Source of the DNA: Amoebophrya sp. A120
Taxonomy: Eukaryota; Protista; Dinoflagellata
NCBI GenBank assembly: GCA_905178155.1
Contig: CAJINV010000005.1
Coordinates: 9,025,957-9,089,956 of the forward strand
DNA: 64,000 bases
Reading direction: 5' to 3'
Below, one piece after another: positions 47,801-59,200 of the stretch. The position numbers and the translations under genes are program-made. Positions within the stretch are counted from its first letter, which is position 1. The number at the start of each line of letters is the position of its first letter. The notes beneath the pieces were generated by a model. The model saw only the letters and a program-made list of their open reading frames with translations, ran no database searches and was not told the DNA's origin.

Positions 47801-49703
47801 CAAACATGTTCATGTCCTTCCGAGCGCCGTAGATATCCACGCCGAGGTTGTTCGTCTCGTCAAACAACTTCGGGTCCACATCGATCAGGACTTTCTGGTT
47901 CTGACGAAGCTTCTCCGCTTCCTGATTGATGATCGCGGAGGAATCCCCCGCGGAAGTGTCATCCACGACGGAGTCCGCGTCCTTCGCATTTGCCATGTAG
48001 TCCCACTGGCGGACTAATTCCGATGGCTTCCCATCCTGCAAATAGCTCAAGGTCAACTCGGCCGGGTGCTTTAACGGTAACTCCTGGGCCTGCTCCGTGT
48101 GGTCGGTGAAGACCCAGTGGGTGCCGTCCTCGGATTTTTTGATCGTTTGCTGGATGTAGGGGGAGATCTTCGTCGCGGAGTCACTCGCGCGTTTGATGTC
48201 GGACCGTAAGTCGGAATCGTCGAAGAGACCTTTCACCCCGCTTTTCGGATCGGTGACAACAGACGAGGAACTGTCGTCGGTGATAGAGCCCAACGCGTTC
48301 TTCCCGTACGGCACGATTTGGAACGTCCCCTGCTCGTTCTTGTGGATCTCCTCCGATTGGAGTAACGACGTTTCGAGCGAAACGACATCCAAAGTCGCGA
48401 GTCTCTGCACCAGCTCCGGTTCGAGAAAGGCTAAAGGGCCTTATCAAGTGCAAATATCTCTGGGTCTGGAAATTTCAATTTGTGATGCTAAAATGTGCAT
48501 GATGAAAACGCTTCCTCATGCAGGAAAGCATGACAAGTCATCTGCGCAACGCTTTATCATACACAGTTCGCATGACAAACTCCGTTTTTGTATGACGTGA
48601 GAGGCTGCCACTTTTGTTGGTCATGCAATACAGATTTCACAGGAATGCAAGACCAGCATTACAAGTTCCAACTTTCCCGACACAGACATTTTTGCATTTG
48701 ATAGGCCCTTCACCGTGACAAACTTTTTCCCAGTAGAATCCGGCTCGGTCATGTGCTCCTTGTCCTTTCTTAACAACACCGCAATCGAGGCTTTCACCGC
48801 CTGGATGCTGTTCTGGTACTCGAATTTGTCCGCGATTTTCGGGTGCTGCCGCGCGATCTCGTCGTAGATTTGCTTCACCAAAGTTTGCAGAAACGGGTTG
48901 GCTTTTTTGAAAGCCGAGTCCCGATCTTTGTACTGGGGCTTCGTGCCTTCCGGGACGAACCCGAGTGGGCCGAAGAGCATCATGTGCCACAAGCGGGAGG
49001 CGAGCGTCGCCAAGGCCATTTCCAAATCCTTCAGCTCCGAGTAGAGCAACAGCAAAATCCTCGCCGTGGCGGAGATCGCCTCCTTCCGGTCGGACTCGAT
49101 GTCGTCTAATAGAGTAACCGTCATGGCCAACGGTAATTCCAGCAGGTGTTGCGACTTTGCCGAGTCGAAGGGGTGGAGATTTTCATTGGACTGTAAAAAG
49201 CCGTGGATCGTCTGCACCCTCGCGTAAAACATCCCCGTTTGCGGGTCCACTGGGTTGACCTCGACGACTTCCCCAGGCTCGATCACATCAATGACCTGCT
49301 TCGCGGTGTCGACATCATACAAATCGAGCTTTGTCGTCGCCAAACGCGGTTCGACCTGTTGTAAGTAAAACCGCATCATCGAAGTTTTCGTCTTCTTAAT
49401 TTCCGAGGACTTCAAGCCCTGATCGGTTGGCCTGCGGAGTCTTCCCTCTTTATCCGCGGTGGAGCTGTGGCGGGATTTGCGCTCCGCCGGTTCGCTTGCT
49501 TCCGCAGCGGAACCGCGAGTAGCGCCGAGCGTCGCAAACCCGCCTGCCATGGTGCCGGGTTCGTTGCTCTGCGCCGGCCCGGCGGAGGAGTAGCGGGGCG
49601 AGTCTTTCTTACTGGAATCGCTGGACTGCTTGGATTTCTTCTTCGACGAGCCGCTGCTGGAGGAGCTGCTGCTCGACGAAGAGGACGAGGAAGAAGATGA
49701 CAT
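35852..49703 (-). CDS. Very large hypothetical protein (about 22 exons, mostly TIR introns)
   Basis: Starts with poly-Ser ORF 48704-49703; long GC-rich open exons (47601-48436, 42961-43929, 41743-42513, 39617-40690, 38760-39346) each end at a TAT...ATA element; could be more than one gene. Confidence 0.6.
35919..36175. mobile_element. TIR introner, family A
   Basis: flanks GCCTG/GACTC. Confidence 0.82.
36493..36772. mobile_element. TIR introner, family A
   Basis: TSD TGCCG/TGCCC. Confidence 0.85.
37244..37522. mobile_element. TIR introner, family C
   Basis: TSD TAATC. Confidence 0.9.
37568..37829. mobile_element. TIR introner, family A
   Basis: TSD AACGC/AGCGC. Confidence 0.88.
38172..38450. 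mobile_element. TIR introner, family C (opposite orientation to 37244)
   Basis: TSD TCGAC. Confidence 0.9.
38502..38759. mobile_element. TIR introner, family A
   Basis: TSD GCGGT/GCGAT; right end GCA instead of ATA. Confidence 0.8.
39352..39616. mobile_element. TIR introner, family A
   Basis: TSD TCGCC. Confidence 0.9.
41086..41337. mobile_element. TIR introner, family A
   Basis: TSD CCTCA. Confidence 0.9.
41412..41742. mobile_element. TIR introner, family B
   Basis: TSD TCCAA/TCAAA. Confidence 0.88.
42519..42746. mobile_element. Degenerate TAT...ATA intron, family B-like
   Basis: TATGCAA/TTGCATA; flanks GCTTT/ACTTC. Confidence 0.6.
42812..42960. mobile_element. TIR introner, family G
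   Basis: TSD TGTCC. Confidence 0.88.
43935..44187. mobile_element. TIR introner, family A
   Basis: TSD GGATT; left end CAT. Confidence 0.88.
44243..44494. mobile_element. TIR introner, family A
   Basis: TSD TGCTC. Confidence 0.9.
45253..45506. mobile_element. TIR introner, family A
   Basis: TSD CGGGG. Confidence 0.9.
46053..46383. mobile_element. TIR introner, family B
   Basis: TSD ACGTG. Confidence 0.85.
46836..47089. mobile_element. TIR introner, family A
   Basis: TSD TGGAA. Confidence 0.9.
47451..47600. mobile_element. TIR introner, family G
   Basis: TSD TTTTC/TTTCC. Confidence 0.85.
48442..48703. mobile_element. TIR introner, family A
   Basis: TSD GGCCT/GGCCC. Confidence 0.88.
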
Positions 49704-50566
49704 TTTCTTATGGTGTAAAAGCTAAATTTTGGAATGTAAATTTATTTTCAGCAAGAGAAATAGTAGAATCAAATTTTTTTTCAAAAAGCAAAAAGCGTGC
49801 AGGCCAGCTGCAGCTTTAGCTCTATTAAGAGGGGAGACAAGAATGCGGTGAACTCTGACTCTGTGGTATCGAATTTTTGAAAAAAAAAGAACGTTCTGTC
49901 TGCTTGATTCCACTGATAGTTTTAAGTAATAGGGACAGTGCGACGTGTCATGGGTGCACGAAGATGTTAGCTTTGGACGAATCGGTGTTACGATTAAAAG
50001 CACGAATTGACGTTGATCTTGCAACCAGCACGAGAAAGGATGAAGTTCACGTACGTAAAAGTCACGATAGAAAAGCTGAACAACGTCTGCTGTGCACGAG
50101 AGAATTCTTTCTTGACGATTGTTTTTTGTTGTTGTCGAAAACCAAGTGGATGACAGCACGACTTTGACATCTTAGATGCATCACTTTGCGTTCCACGATG
50201 TACACAGGAATGTACGAAGTTCTTCTTCATAACGACGAGACGGCAAGAGATATAAAGCGTCAGAGAAGAATCTGCACGCGCAGGCGGGACAGAGAAGTCG
50301 TGACAACGCTACACTTTGCCAGGTGGTCTTCGAACATTTACTTTCTTACCCGCGAGGCAGAGATCATTACCGCGATCGATACCCACCACAAACTTTTGTC
50401 ACGGTGTCGGATAATTCACAACTTTGTCTCGCGTAGGACGAAGTACAGCTTTGTCTTGCCCCCCAGAGAAGCGACGCTTTCATACAGACGAGACGCCTAC
50501 GGCTGCATAGCGCATTTACTAATCTATGATACGTGGAGCGTGCGCGATGGAGGGTAGGTAGAGCCT

Positions 50567-51500
50567 TGTCGAAAAACAACATACTTCACGACGCGCCGCC
50601 CTTTTCACGTTCCCGCTCCGTGCGGCAGGCGCGGGCGAAAAGCGAAATTTTTCACCGCCGAAGACGAAAACAGTGTGGCTACCGCGCTCGCGCGGGAGGG
50701 AAGCGGAAGAGCCGCTTACCGGATCAAGCCCGCGGCGAAGATCTCGCAATCCGGTGCGGAACACCGCCGCGCGGCGATCTGCGTACGGTCTTGCGCCTTT
50801 TTTTGGATTTGTGGAGCGCAGTCAGTGCGGCACCGTAGCAGGAGCCGGCGTTTCGAAATTTCCAAAAATCGAAATGGCCGTCCGCCTTGGGTTGCAGTGG
50901 CTCCAAGCCGCAATCTGGAGCGGAGAGCGATTGCGCGGCGCTTTCCTTATTTTCCCCACGCTCTGAAAGGGGTCGAAACGCAGAGGGGGGCGGGGGCCAA
51001 AGTTTCGCACTTTTCAAAAATCCGAAGAATCGGGGCTCTACTTGCAAGGGGCCGCAGTGGTTTTCTGTCTTACGACGAGGTGGGAGCCCCACAGGCAAAA
51101 CGCTTGGTATGGCAATGCAAGATAGATGCACCGCCCTCGCGCGTGCGTCTGCGCCTGTCCTTAAAGGTGGCCCAACTATGCTCACCCGCTTGCGCCTCTG
51201 GTGTTCACCATTTGCCATCGGTCCGCTGCATCGCGCACCGCCCGGGAGCGGTCCGCACCCTGATTGGCTCCGTTACCCGGACAGGCCGCCTGTGTACCGA
51301 CGGCCCGGGCCCGCGCCGAAGCGCGCCCCCAAGCTAGGGACGTGGGGTGTTCTACCGCGGGGCGGCAGCGTCCGCGATCGTTGCCAGATCTGCGGGCGGA
51401 CAACGATAGGCAGGGCGCCTTGGACCGGTAGCCCGCACCCGATTCCGGAGCGGGGCCACCATCGTCTGGGGGTGACGAAGGGGGAGGGGGGGGGCTGACA
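50567..51500. mobile_element. Candidate solo LTR (934 bp, GC-rich)
   Basis: TGTC...GACA termini, flanks AGCCT/AGCCG, abrupt GC rise relative to the flanks, no convincing ORF. Confidence 0.55.
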
Positions 51501-52084
51501 AGCCGGATTTTTCACATTTTCCCAAATTCAAAGAGCAACTGCAGGGGCGGAGTTGATCGCATTCAGCCAAGTAAAACCACGAGCAATAGTATGCAGATGG
51601 TGACCCTTCCTGGTATGCTTTCCACATACCTGAAGGGTAGAGATTAGGCTACTGTAGTTTTGGATTTTTTTCGAAAACCAAGAAAACGCAGCAACGGCAG
51701 ATCCACCAAATCTGCATCAGTGAAAAAAGCAAGCAATCCACCACAAAGAGCATATTGCCCTGGTCGTTTCCCAAGGGTTGTCTCATGTAGGGCATTTTTC
51801 CCCAAAAAGGTGCGCATTCATTTTTTTTCTATTTTTGCAATTTTCAAAAGTAACTCACTAAAGAGTATGTAGCTTAATTCTTCTGATTGATAAAATCACT
51901 CAGATTATCAAGATAACATCCACGAGACTGGATCTGGAGCATATTTCTGGCATCTTTGAAGCCCCGTGGAAATTTTTTAAAATTTTTGATCTTTCTAGTG
52001 TGCTAAAAAATTTACGAAATTGGAGCCTATCACCTGGAAGCGACACAACAAAAGAGCCAGAATCACAGTTCTTCCATTATTATA

Positions 52085-53126
52085 TATTAGAAATCCTAAA
52101 CTGTTTTCTTTCAGCGATCGATCAAAACGAGATGCTTTTCTTTTCCAAAACCGACTTCAAATGTACACTGATTTTTGCTTCAACCGATTCGCTTTTCGTC
52201 TTTTCCTTTCAGTCTAGAACCCGCGTTCGTTGTTTCCCTTAACAACAAAAAAGTTTCTTCAGCCTGCTATCGTTGGTTTTAATTCTTCGCCTCGGAAGGT
52301 CAAGAGTAATCTTGAGCCAACCTCGGCGCACATAAACAAAGGGCAAAATCATCGTTAGTTTGTGAGTTTTTCTCTCAGCTTTCCTTCGCTTTTCCTGCTA
52401 AGTGACAAGCAACAAAAAGTCTCTCTTTCCCGTGTTTTCTAGTAGTGTTTGTTGGTTGTCTACGATCAAAAACAACTAAGAAAAGGTCCGAATTCTTGCG
52501 TTCTGCTCGCTCTTTTGCATGGTAAGTTCGAAGAAAGTAGACCGAAATACTTAACTTGTTCGCTCAAAAAACGATGGCATTCTACTTTTGCAACGTCGTA
52601 TTTGTTCGGTCAAAGCCTATTGAAACACAGTGCGACAAGAGATAGAAAAAGCCTGTTTTCCTTGCGAGTAGTGCATTTTTCAGTGCGAAACAAAGATCGA
52701 AACGTAGTGCGAAACGACCTACAAATAGTGCGAAACCAAAACTGTAGAAATGCAATAAAACTAGTTCTAAAATAGCAGCAGTTCCTTTGCCTTGCTTCTT
52801 CCGCCTTCTTACAACCTTCTACTGCGGTGCAAAAGCAACGCAAACTTCCCCGGAAAAGCTTGGACTGGTTCCACCACCTCGCTTTCACTGCATATTCCCG
52901 CGCGACCAGGAACATACCGCAAAATCCCAGAATGACCGCCGCCAAACTGTTCCCAACCGCAACCGCCAAATTCAATTCCACCAGGAAAAACACAAAGCAC
53001 CAGCACCGCGCCGGTAAGGGGTAGTTGTTGATCTGACTCCATAAAATTCCCGTTTGGTGGTTTATTTGTGGTAGAAATTTGCGCAGCACCCGCATCACCA
53101 TCGAAATATCCTACATTTCTGTTACA
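52085..53126 (-). repeat. 3' LTR (about 1.04 kb, TG...TA termini)
   Basis: Begins TGTAAC directly after purine tract GAAAAAAAGAGG (53138-53127); the last 263 bp match 63738-64000 with 2 substitutions seen. Confidence 0.8.
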
Positions 53127-53223
53127 CCTCTTTTTTTCGTCGATGGTGATCCGGGGCTACTCGTGAAACACAAGATATTTCCAAAAATCGTTCTGAAACT
53201 GGTAGTACTTGAAAATCCCGTCA

Positions 53224-56200
53224 CTACTGCTGTTCTCCCGCGGAAAAGAAGCCCACACGTCGCTTGTAGAAGATTGTCTTTACCGCCCAGAAGGGTCTTC
53301 CGTCGATGAAAAACGAGGTCTTCGGTCCATCCCAGACGTCGTGGTGCTGTATCTCCTTCCCGTGCAGCGTGATCTTGAAGTGGGTAGTGCGTTGTGGTAA
53401 AAGGTTCTTGCTAACTGGTCCGTACTTCAGGTCGAGATTGGATAGTTGTACTGCTTTCGGCACCTTGAAGAAAATGGTGCAGATAGGTAAAAACTTGCTG
53501 TGCAGAAGTTCATCTAGTTCTCCGCGGTTTTTCGTACCGCATTGCTGCCAGGTATCGACGCAGCTCCGGATTTCAGTTTTTGTACTGGTAGTTCTTGATA
53601 AAAACGTCTGCCTTTCTCCGCGTAGCAAAATGCCGGCGCTGAGAAGGTATTGCTGCGGTGGGGAAAAGCTGGAGCACTGCATCATGTCGTTATGCCAGAA
53701 GACAACATAATCTTCTCCCTCGTCCCACTTTCCGCTACTCTTCCTTACTGGTGGAATTTCATTCAAAAATTTCACATCTTGTTTTTCTTCCTGAGGATGT
53801 AACAGGTGACGTCGCGGCTCACTTCCATGGTGATAAATCCACTGCTCCGCTGTTTCCGTCCATCCTACCGCTGACGCTGCCGTAACATACGACAACGCAG
53901 CCTGCGTAGCTGCTGGCTCCTGCAAGAGGTCTTCTTGTTCCGGATTCAAATCCATTTCCTCTTCCTCCACGTCCATACCAGTAGCGGGCAGCTCTCCTGC
54001 TTCAAAATTCGCACACTTGGTTGCGAATCGCTTCTGTTCTTCGGCGATAAATTTTCGAATCACCTTCATCACAGACTCGTCCGCAACACCCCACACGGAG
54101 AGGAGCAGCAACAGTGCGTCGGCGACGAGGCGAACTTCCTTGGTGAGCGCGTCTGTCCAGTTTTTCTTTCCCGCTATGTGTGCGATGGACATGACCTTGC
54201 CTTCTTGAAGTTGTAAAATGTTCATGTAGTCACTGCGCAGATTTTTCTCTTTTGGTTCTGCAAGACAGTTGCGACTGTCGGTGAGCTGGAGGAGCACGTT
54301 GCCCAACCTGGTAAGGTGCAAGTCCAGCGCGAGTTGTGTCAGATACAAACTTTCTGAACACAGCAGTCGTTGTCCCAGTAGTTCAATACCCGTAGAACTA
54401 TGGAACACTCTTTTCGGGCTTTTTGAAAAAGCAAGAAGAGTTGTGATAAAATCGGACTCCGGGCCGACTAGGTTCACCGTGCCGCCGACCCGCGACATAG
54501 ATGCGTCCGCACATCCGATGACAAAGTGCTGGAGGAGGTCGCCAATCCGCATTACTCTCCGGCTAGCGCAGTCCATTTCGTTCGCGTACCAAATCAGGTT
54601 GTTCATGTCGCAGACATAATCTGCAACCTGTTCGTAGCTGTTTGCTTGTTCCGCTGGGATGAGTTGGCTTGCCAGCATGCTCGTCAGGCACAGGATGAGA
54701 GCTGCGGTTTTGGTGCTCCACAACAGTTCACCTATGCGTCCTCGAAACGGATTCTGTACTGCCTTCTTTTGCATTTTCGTGCGTGCAGTGTCGCGGTCGT
54801 GAAAAAACTGCAACACTTCAGCCTTCTCAATCGGTACCACTTTGGAGAGGTAGTTGGACTGGGACACCACGTAGACTACATCCTCGTGCTGTTCACACCA
54901 GTCGACTAGTTGCTTTGCGTCGAACTTCAGCGCTTCGACGTTGTTGTATGTGGTTGGACCTTGATCGCGGGTGATATCATACTCGCGCTCCAGTCCGGAA
55001 ATTTTGCTTTCATCCACCGGCCGTAGGAATTCCGCCGGGGTTTCAAATTCCATCTTTTCAAGCTCCGTTTTGTGCTTTTTCAGAGCTTGTTGTGTTTGGT
55101 AGCGGTGGATCTCGGTGGGAACCACGGAAATTTGCCGCCCGATAAAAGCATCTTTCCTCCCTGGCCGCAAGCAACTCCAGCTTCCTAATTCATATCGCCG
55201 AAAAAGCGCAAAATTTCGGAGCTGGTACAGCAACGTGCCACCGGAGAGGGTGTCATCAACATGACTTCCCAGCGCTCCGAGCAAAGTGCCGCGGAGCTGA
55301 ACATGCGAGGTCAGGGAGTTCAAGATTTTCTCACTTTCGATGTTCGCAAACGACCCACCGGGCTTCAGCGGAGCAGGATCCACGACGTTGTCTTTCTTGG
55401 CGCCGTAGATGACCCTTGCACACTGTTCCAAGTTTTCGGAGTCGACTGCTAGCAGTTGTTCTAATTTTTCGTCGAAGTAGGCGCGGACAGCGTCCGGACC
55501 CCGTGCTAGTACTTCTTCTTCTTCCGGCGTCGCAGTACACACCCACAACGTCGGGTCGAGTTTGCTTTGCTGGTATCCAAGCGTGGTGAGCGAGGCGAAC
55601 AGCGTCTTCATCCAATTGTACGGAGCATCCTTGCATCCGTAAATTGCTGCGATGAGTTCCACCAGATCCGAGAAGCCGTAATCCTTCATGTTCTTGATCG
55701 TGTCCGGCACGGTCATCCAGATCTTGGAAGCAGAATCTTTGTAGTAGTCATCATTTTCGCCGTGCGCCGCGTCGAAGCTGAAACCCTTGAGGAAGGCTTC
55801 TTTAAAATCCCCGATCCAGGGCGACGTCTTTGTGGCCTGGAAAAACTGGAGAAGCGCAATCAGCGTCGTGTCGTGCATGGTGAAGCTGCGACAAGAAAGC
55901 GTCACGGAGGACTTCGGGCCAAACCTCTTGTCCAAAAATCCCCTGCTCACCCATCGGCTCTTTACTTTCGTAACCCGCCCGCCTGGCTCGACCTTCACGG
56001 TTACCACCAAGCGACTAGTAAGCAGATTCATCTTCTTTTTCTCCGCCGGAGTTACACTGCTCCACGAGCGATGTTCCCCGAAGATCTTGTGGTCGATGAT
56101 CGCTTGTACTTCTCCTTTTACCGAGGGGATGAACAGCGATTCGAACCCGAGCTGGTACGCGGTTGCTTCATCTATCACAAGCGCGCTTGCTTTCGTTCCG

Positions 56201-59200
56201 TTTGCATGCTTCTGCAGGTTCTCTTTCACGGTGCGAGTGACTTCAAAATAAATCCGCGCGTACCATGCATCGGATTCTTTGCTCCACTCTTCTGGCTTTT
56301 CTTCATCCAGAAATTCCGGCGCACACGTCGGTCCCCAGCGAAGAAGAATACTATTTCCGCGGAACTGTTTCTCCGCAGGTTTGTTTTTCTTTATTTCGGT
56401 AGCTGTACACACGTAGCGGATGTCTTTCGAGTTGTCCTTCGCGTTGATCAGCTTTTTTATGCATTTGCCGTTCATCAACTGGCTCCACAACCAGCACACG
56501 TTGTCCGACGTCATGAGTCTGCCCATGTGCTGTTCTTTCTTGTGTAGATGTTGTTCCACCGCGGGGATGACAGAAAAGTCATACGCCCGCTCCACATTGG
56601 CGCCGCCATCATCTGGTTCTGCCACGGTGAGAAAAATCTTACCCTGCTGGACCTCGAGTTGCATGGCGCTGACGCAGTTACGAAGTTGCTTTTGTATTTT
56701 CGGATTAAGCTGGTAGATGTCAACTACAAGCTCGCCTGGTTCTAGCTTGATTCCTGCTTGATCGTACAGGAATTCCGGCTCGGGGCGCGTGTTGAATGTC
56801 CAGAAAGACGAAGCAGGAGCCACCACCTTTTGTGCTCGCCGCGGAGGTGCAGGTTGATTATTTGCCGCTGCGCCGCGGGTTTTCCTCATGAGCTCTCGCT
56901 GCGAAACACGAGCTGCTCTTTCCACTGCTTCAAACTTTTCGCGAAAGTATGCATGTTTTTCTGCAGCGGCCATTTTTCCGAGAGATACAACTTCAGCTCG
57001 GAACGACGGTATCACGCCGATCACCGGCGCGTCCTCCTTTTTCTTGAAGGTGGTAGTCCCCACCCATTCCTGATATCCCGCAAGCCGGGTGCGTCCTTTG
57101 CTGGTCTTGGGCTTCTTGATGTTGTCACTCAACACACGCACTGCTTCTTTTGGGAAGTTGAGGAGGCCGTATTCGGTTCTTCTCTCCCCGGTCAGGAACT
57201 CCCAGTTGATTCCTTCGCCCCGGTTCGGCAAAAACGCGCGCGTCCGAGGCTGAACGTGATATCGGATAATTTCTGTTTCGGTTTCCACCCACTCGTCGTC
57301 TCGCCCAGCCGCAGAAGCGACGGATGGCAGTGCTGGCGCTACACCCTCGTCGGAAGACTCCAGCAAATTTTGCGCCACGCTGTCATCCCTGTTGCGTTGG
57401 ATGTGGAACAGAGGATTGTCGTCGCGGCTTTCTTCTTCTTGTACCGGTGCAGCATCGCTGTCCGGCGTATCTTCATCGTCATCTTCTGAGTCCGATTCCT
57501 CGTCCTCGTTTAACGCAATCCGCCTTCGTTTTCCGGTCTTGTACTGGACTGGAAGCTCCGGGCGGACTTCTGGATTGTCAGCGACATCTGCACTCCCATC
57601 TCCATGCACCAGTGCAGTATGTTGCAAGAGACGATTTCGGCTAGTGAAATTTCGATGACAAATTTTGCATGTGTGTCCTAGCTCTTCCGCACCTAGGGCT
57701 TCGCCGCGTAGCGTGCTGCGCGTGCCTTGTACAGCTGTGAGAGGATCTTGAAATATTGGATCTCCATCTTCATCACGATGGGAGTGCAAGCGTTCCTGAA
57801 TTTCCATCGCGGTGGACTCGTCGGGGTAGGATTCCAACGCAACTTTCATCGGGTCCTCCACCTGTATTAGCGCAATGTCCGTGGGCTGGTAAAACGAAGT
57901 TCCCTGGCCCACCTGCACGTCGGCGCCGTGATCAAACACTGTTCGTACTGTTCCTGTTTCCCAGGAGCGAAAAGAGCCGTCGGGTCGTCGTACTAGTACT
58001 TCCATGTTGGGAGAGAGAAGAGACGAATCCAGGCAGCGTTTGTATGAACGTCCCACCAGCTCACGGCGTTGTAGTAACTGCTGCACGTCGAGGCGGGTGA
58101 TCGCTTTTCGCACCGCGGACTGGATCTTCGCTTTGGTTTTGAACCAGTCATCCAAGTCGGCACTGAATTCCGGATCGTGATGCAGGTCAGCAGCGAGCCG
58201 CTCCCAGTCATGCGCTCCGGCATAGAAACTCCCGCTCGACAACGCAAACGGAGTGAGGCAGGTGGTGAGGATCGGCACGGAATTTATTTGGAAAACGTGC
58301 TCCCTCACTAATTCGTGCTTCAACGCGATCGAAACGTCGTTCTCGTCTGCGTCTGCTTCTTGTTTTAGCAATTCATCGAGTGCTTCCTCCATTGAAGAAG
58401 ACAGCACTTCATGCGACGCTCGGCTCCACAGCAAAATTTCAAGCGAAGGGTCGAACGGCGTGGTGGTGTATTTCCAAACATTGGAGCGGTGTACACCATT
58501 CATTCTTTCTATTTTGGATATGCGGTTGGCTGCTTTGTACCCCGCGCGGACGAGGCGGATGTTCAGAGAGTTGCACACCTTGCGAAAAAGCTCGTTGCAA
58601 AACTCGACGCCCTCGCCCACCACAATTCGTTGTGGCGATCCTCCCGATAGCATTCGCAGCATCATCACGCCACGCACTGCTGCTGCGGTAAGACCACCAG
58701 TTGTTTCTTCGGATAATTCACAGGAGCGGAGCCGTGTGCAGGTGTCCAAAACGTACACACACTTCCCCAGCCTGCTCTTCATGCTGTCCGCCACCCAGCA
58801 CACGTTTTTGTTCGGCGAAAATTGGAGGAGCGAACCGCGCTCCATTATTCGCTTCGCATCATCCAGCGAGCGACATTTTGAACAGAAGCTTCTAATGCGC
58901 TTCATCGCCTTTTTCGCCGCGCCGCGGAAAAGATGCTCGAGCGCAGCTGAGTGTCCGAGCTGCTCGTGTTGTTTCTTCAACCACTGCAGTTCGCCCCGGG
59001 AAAGTGTTGGAAATTCCTGCTCCAGTTGGTCAATGCTGATTGAACTGGGGCGGGATTCTTCATTGCTGTTTTCGGCTGACTCCAGAAAGTTTTCCTCGTC
59101 TGAAGCTGCTTCTTCTTCCTCGCTCTGCACATCAGGATGTGAATCAAGATCGAGGCCAAGTTCGTTTCCGGAGAGAAAGCAGCACGCCACCCACTCCGTG

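Noticed and set aside
362-48600. Many short ORFs containing KMSGSG / CKYVWVWK / PDPDIF / FQTQT
   Set aside because: These are translations of the family A TIR in different frames, not a protein family
86-49703. Stop-codon reassignment as reported for one Amoebophrya strain
   Set aside because: Long exons and the 2912-aa pol have no in-frame stops, and genes end in TAA, TAG and TGA; the only internal UGA is the gag-pol junction
50533-51515. Overlapping 100-220 aa ORFs in the GC-rich block
   Set aside because: Open in several frames because of GC content; no domain signal
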